From contig NC_058131.1 in the NCBI RefSeq assembly GCF_016433145.1, forward strand, positions 551,535,117 to 551,599,116: a stretch of 64,000 bases of DNA. Direction: 5' to 3'. Origin of the DNA: Gracilinanus agilis (lineage: Eukaryota). Each line of letters starts with the position of its first letter. Position 1 is the first letter of the stretch. A program made the position numbers and the translations under genes. Below are positions 63,654-64,000 of this stretch, in pieces. The notes under the pieces were generated by a model. The model did not search any database and was not told where the DNA came from. It saw nothing but the letters and a program-made list of their open reading frames with translations.

Positions 63654-63802
63654 TGAAAAAATGATAAATTCTATAGCATTTCCTTAACCTAGTTCATTCT
63701 AGCTGTGTGACCTGCCAGCTGACTCCCTTGATGACCAGATCTCTCAACATTCATTCTGTTTGATGTGGGGTGATGTCCAGAAGGAATGTATACTTTTCAA
63801 AG
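60761..63802 (+). CDS. RABGGTA: Rab geranylgeranyltransferase alpha subunit, 5' part (continues beyond window); exons 60761-60763 (ATG only), 61060-61170, 61300-61424, 61877-62064, 62318-62521, 63039-63122, 63271-63353, 63476-63577, 63703-63802
   Basis: M|[87 protein letters not shown] match human RABGGTA. All junctions GT-AG and in phase. Confidence 0.95.
63588..63648 (+). repeat. Compound (CA)n(CT)n microsatellite in a RABGGTA intron
   Basis: Direct reading, 10 bp downstream of the donor at 63578. Confidence 0.97.
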
Positions 63803-64000
63803 GTGATTCTGATCATCCTAGTCCCACTCCCCCTCTCTTCTAGACAGATCACCACCATTGTCCCAAAAATTTTGGGTGTATTTTAACTGAAAATAATCTT
63901 TCCTTCTGTAGATTTTCCTAGAATATTTTATTTGACTCTCACTTGCCCCTGTTACAGTCTGCTTTGTTTCTGGACTTGGCTTAACTCTGTTCCCATTAGA

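Overview
Eukaryotic genomic DNA from a marsupial, most likely the opossum Monodelphis domestica (SINE1_Mdo-type, Mar1, L1_Mdo-type, L2, L3/CR1 and MIR repeats). The gene order matches human 14q12: LTB4R2(-), CIDEB(+), NOP9(-), DHRS1(+), RABGGTA(+, runs off the window end). I rebuilt the coding exons of all five by hand; the splice sites are GT-AG and the phases are consistent. The ~33 kb between DHRS1 and RABGGTA, where I know of no human protein-coding gene, holds the most interesting signals: (1) a chain of phase-consistent minus-strand exons of an unidentified, apparently disabled multi-exon gene, head-to-head with RABGGTA, with a SINE inserted exactly on one splice acceptor; (2) a decayed ERV-L-like (class III) gag-pro-pol provirus; (3) a probable class I ERV relic on the opposite strand; (4) a 1.2-kb CA/TG-rich cryptic tandem repeat with a palindromic unit and a CpG-decay gradient. 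All protein and repeat identities come from recalled sequences and visual comparison; no database search was run.
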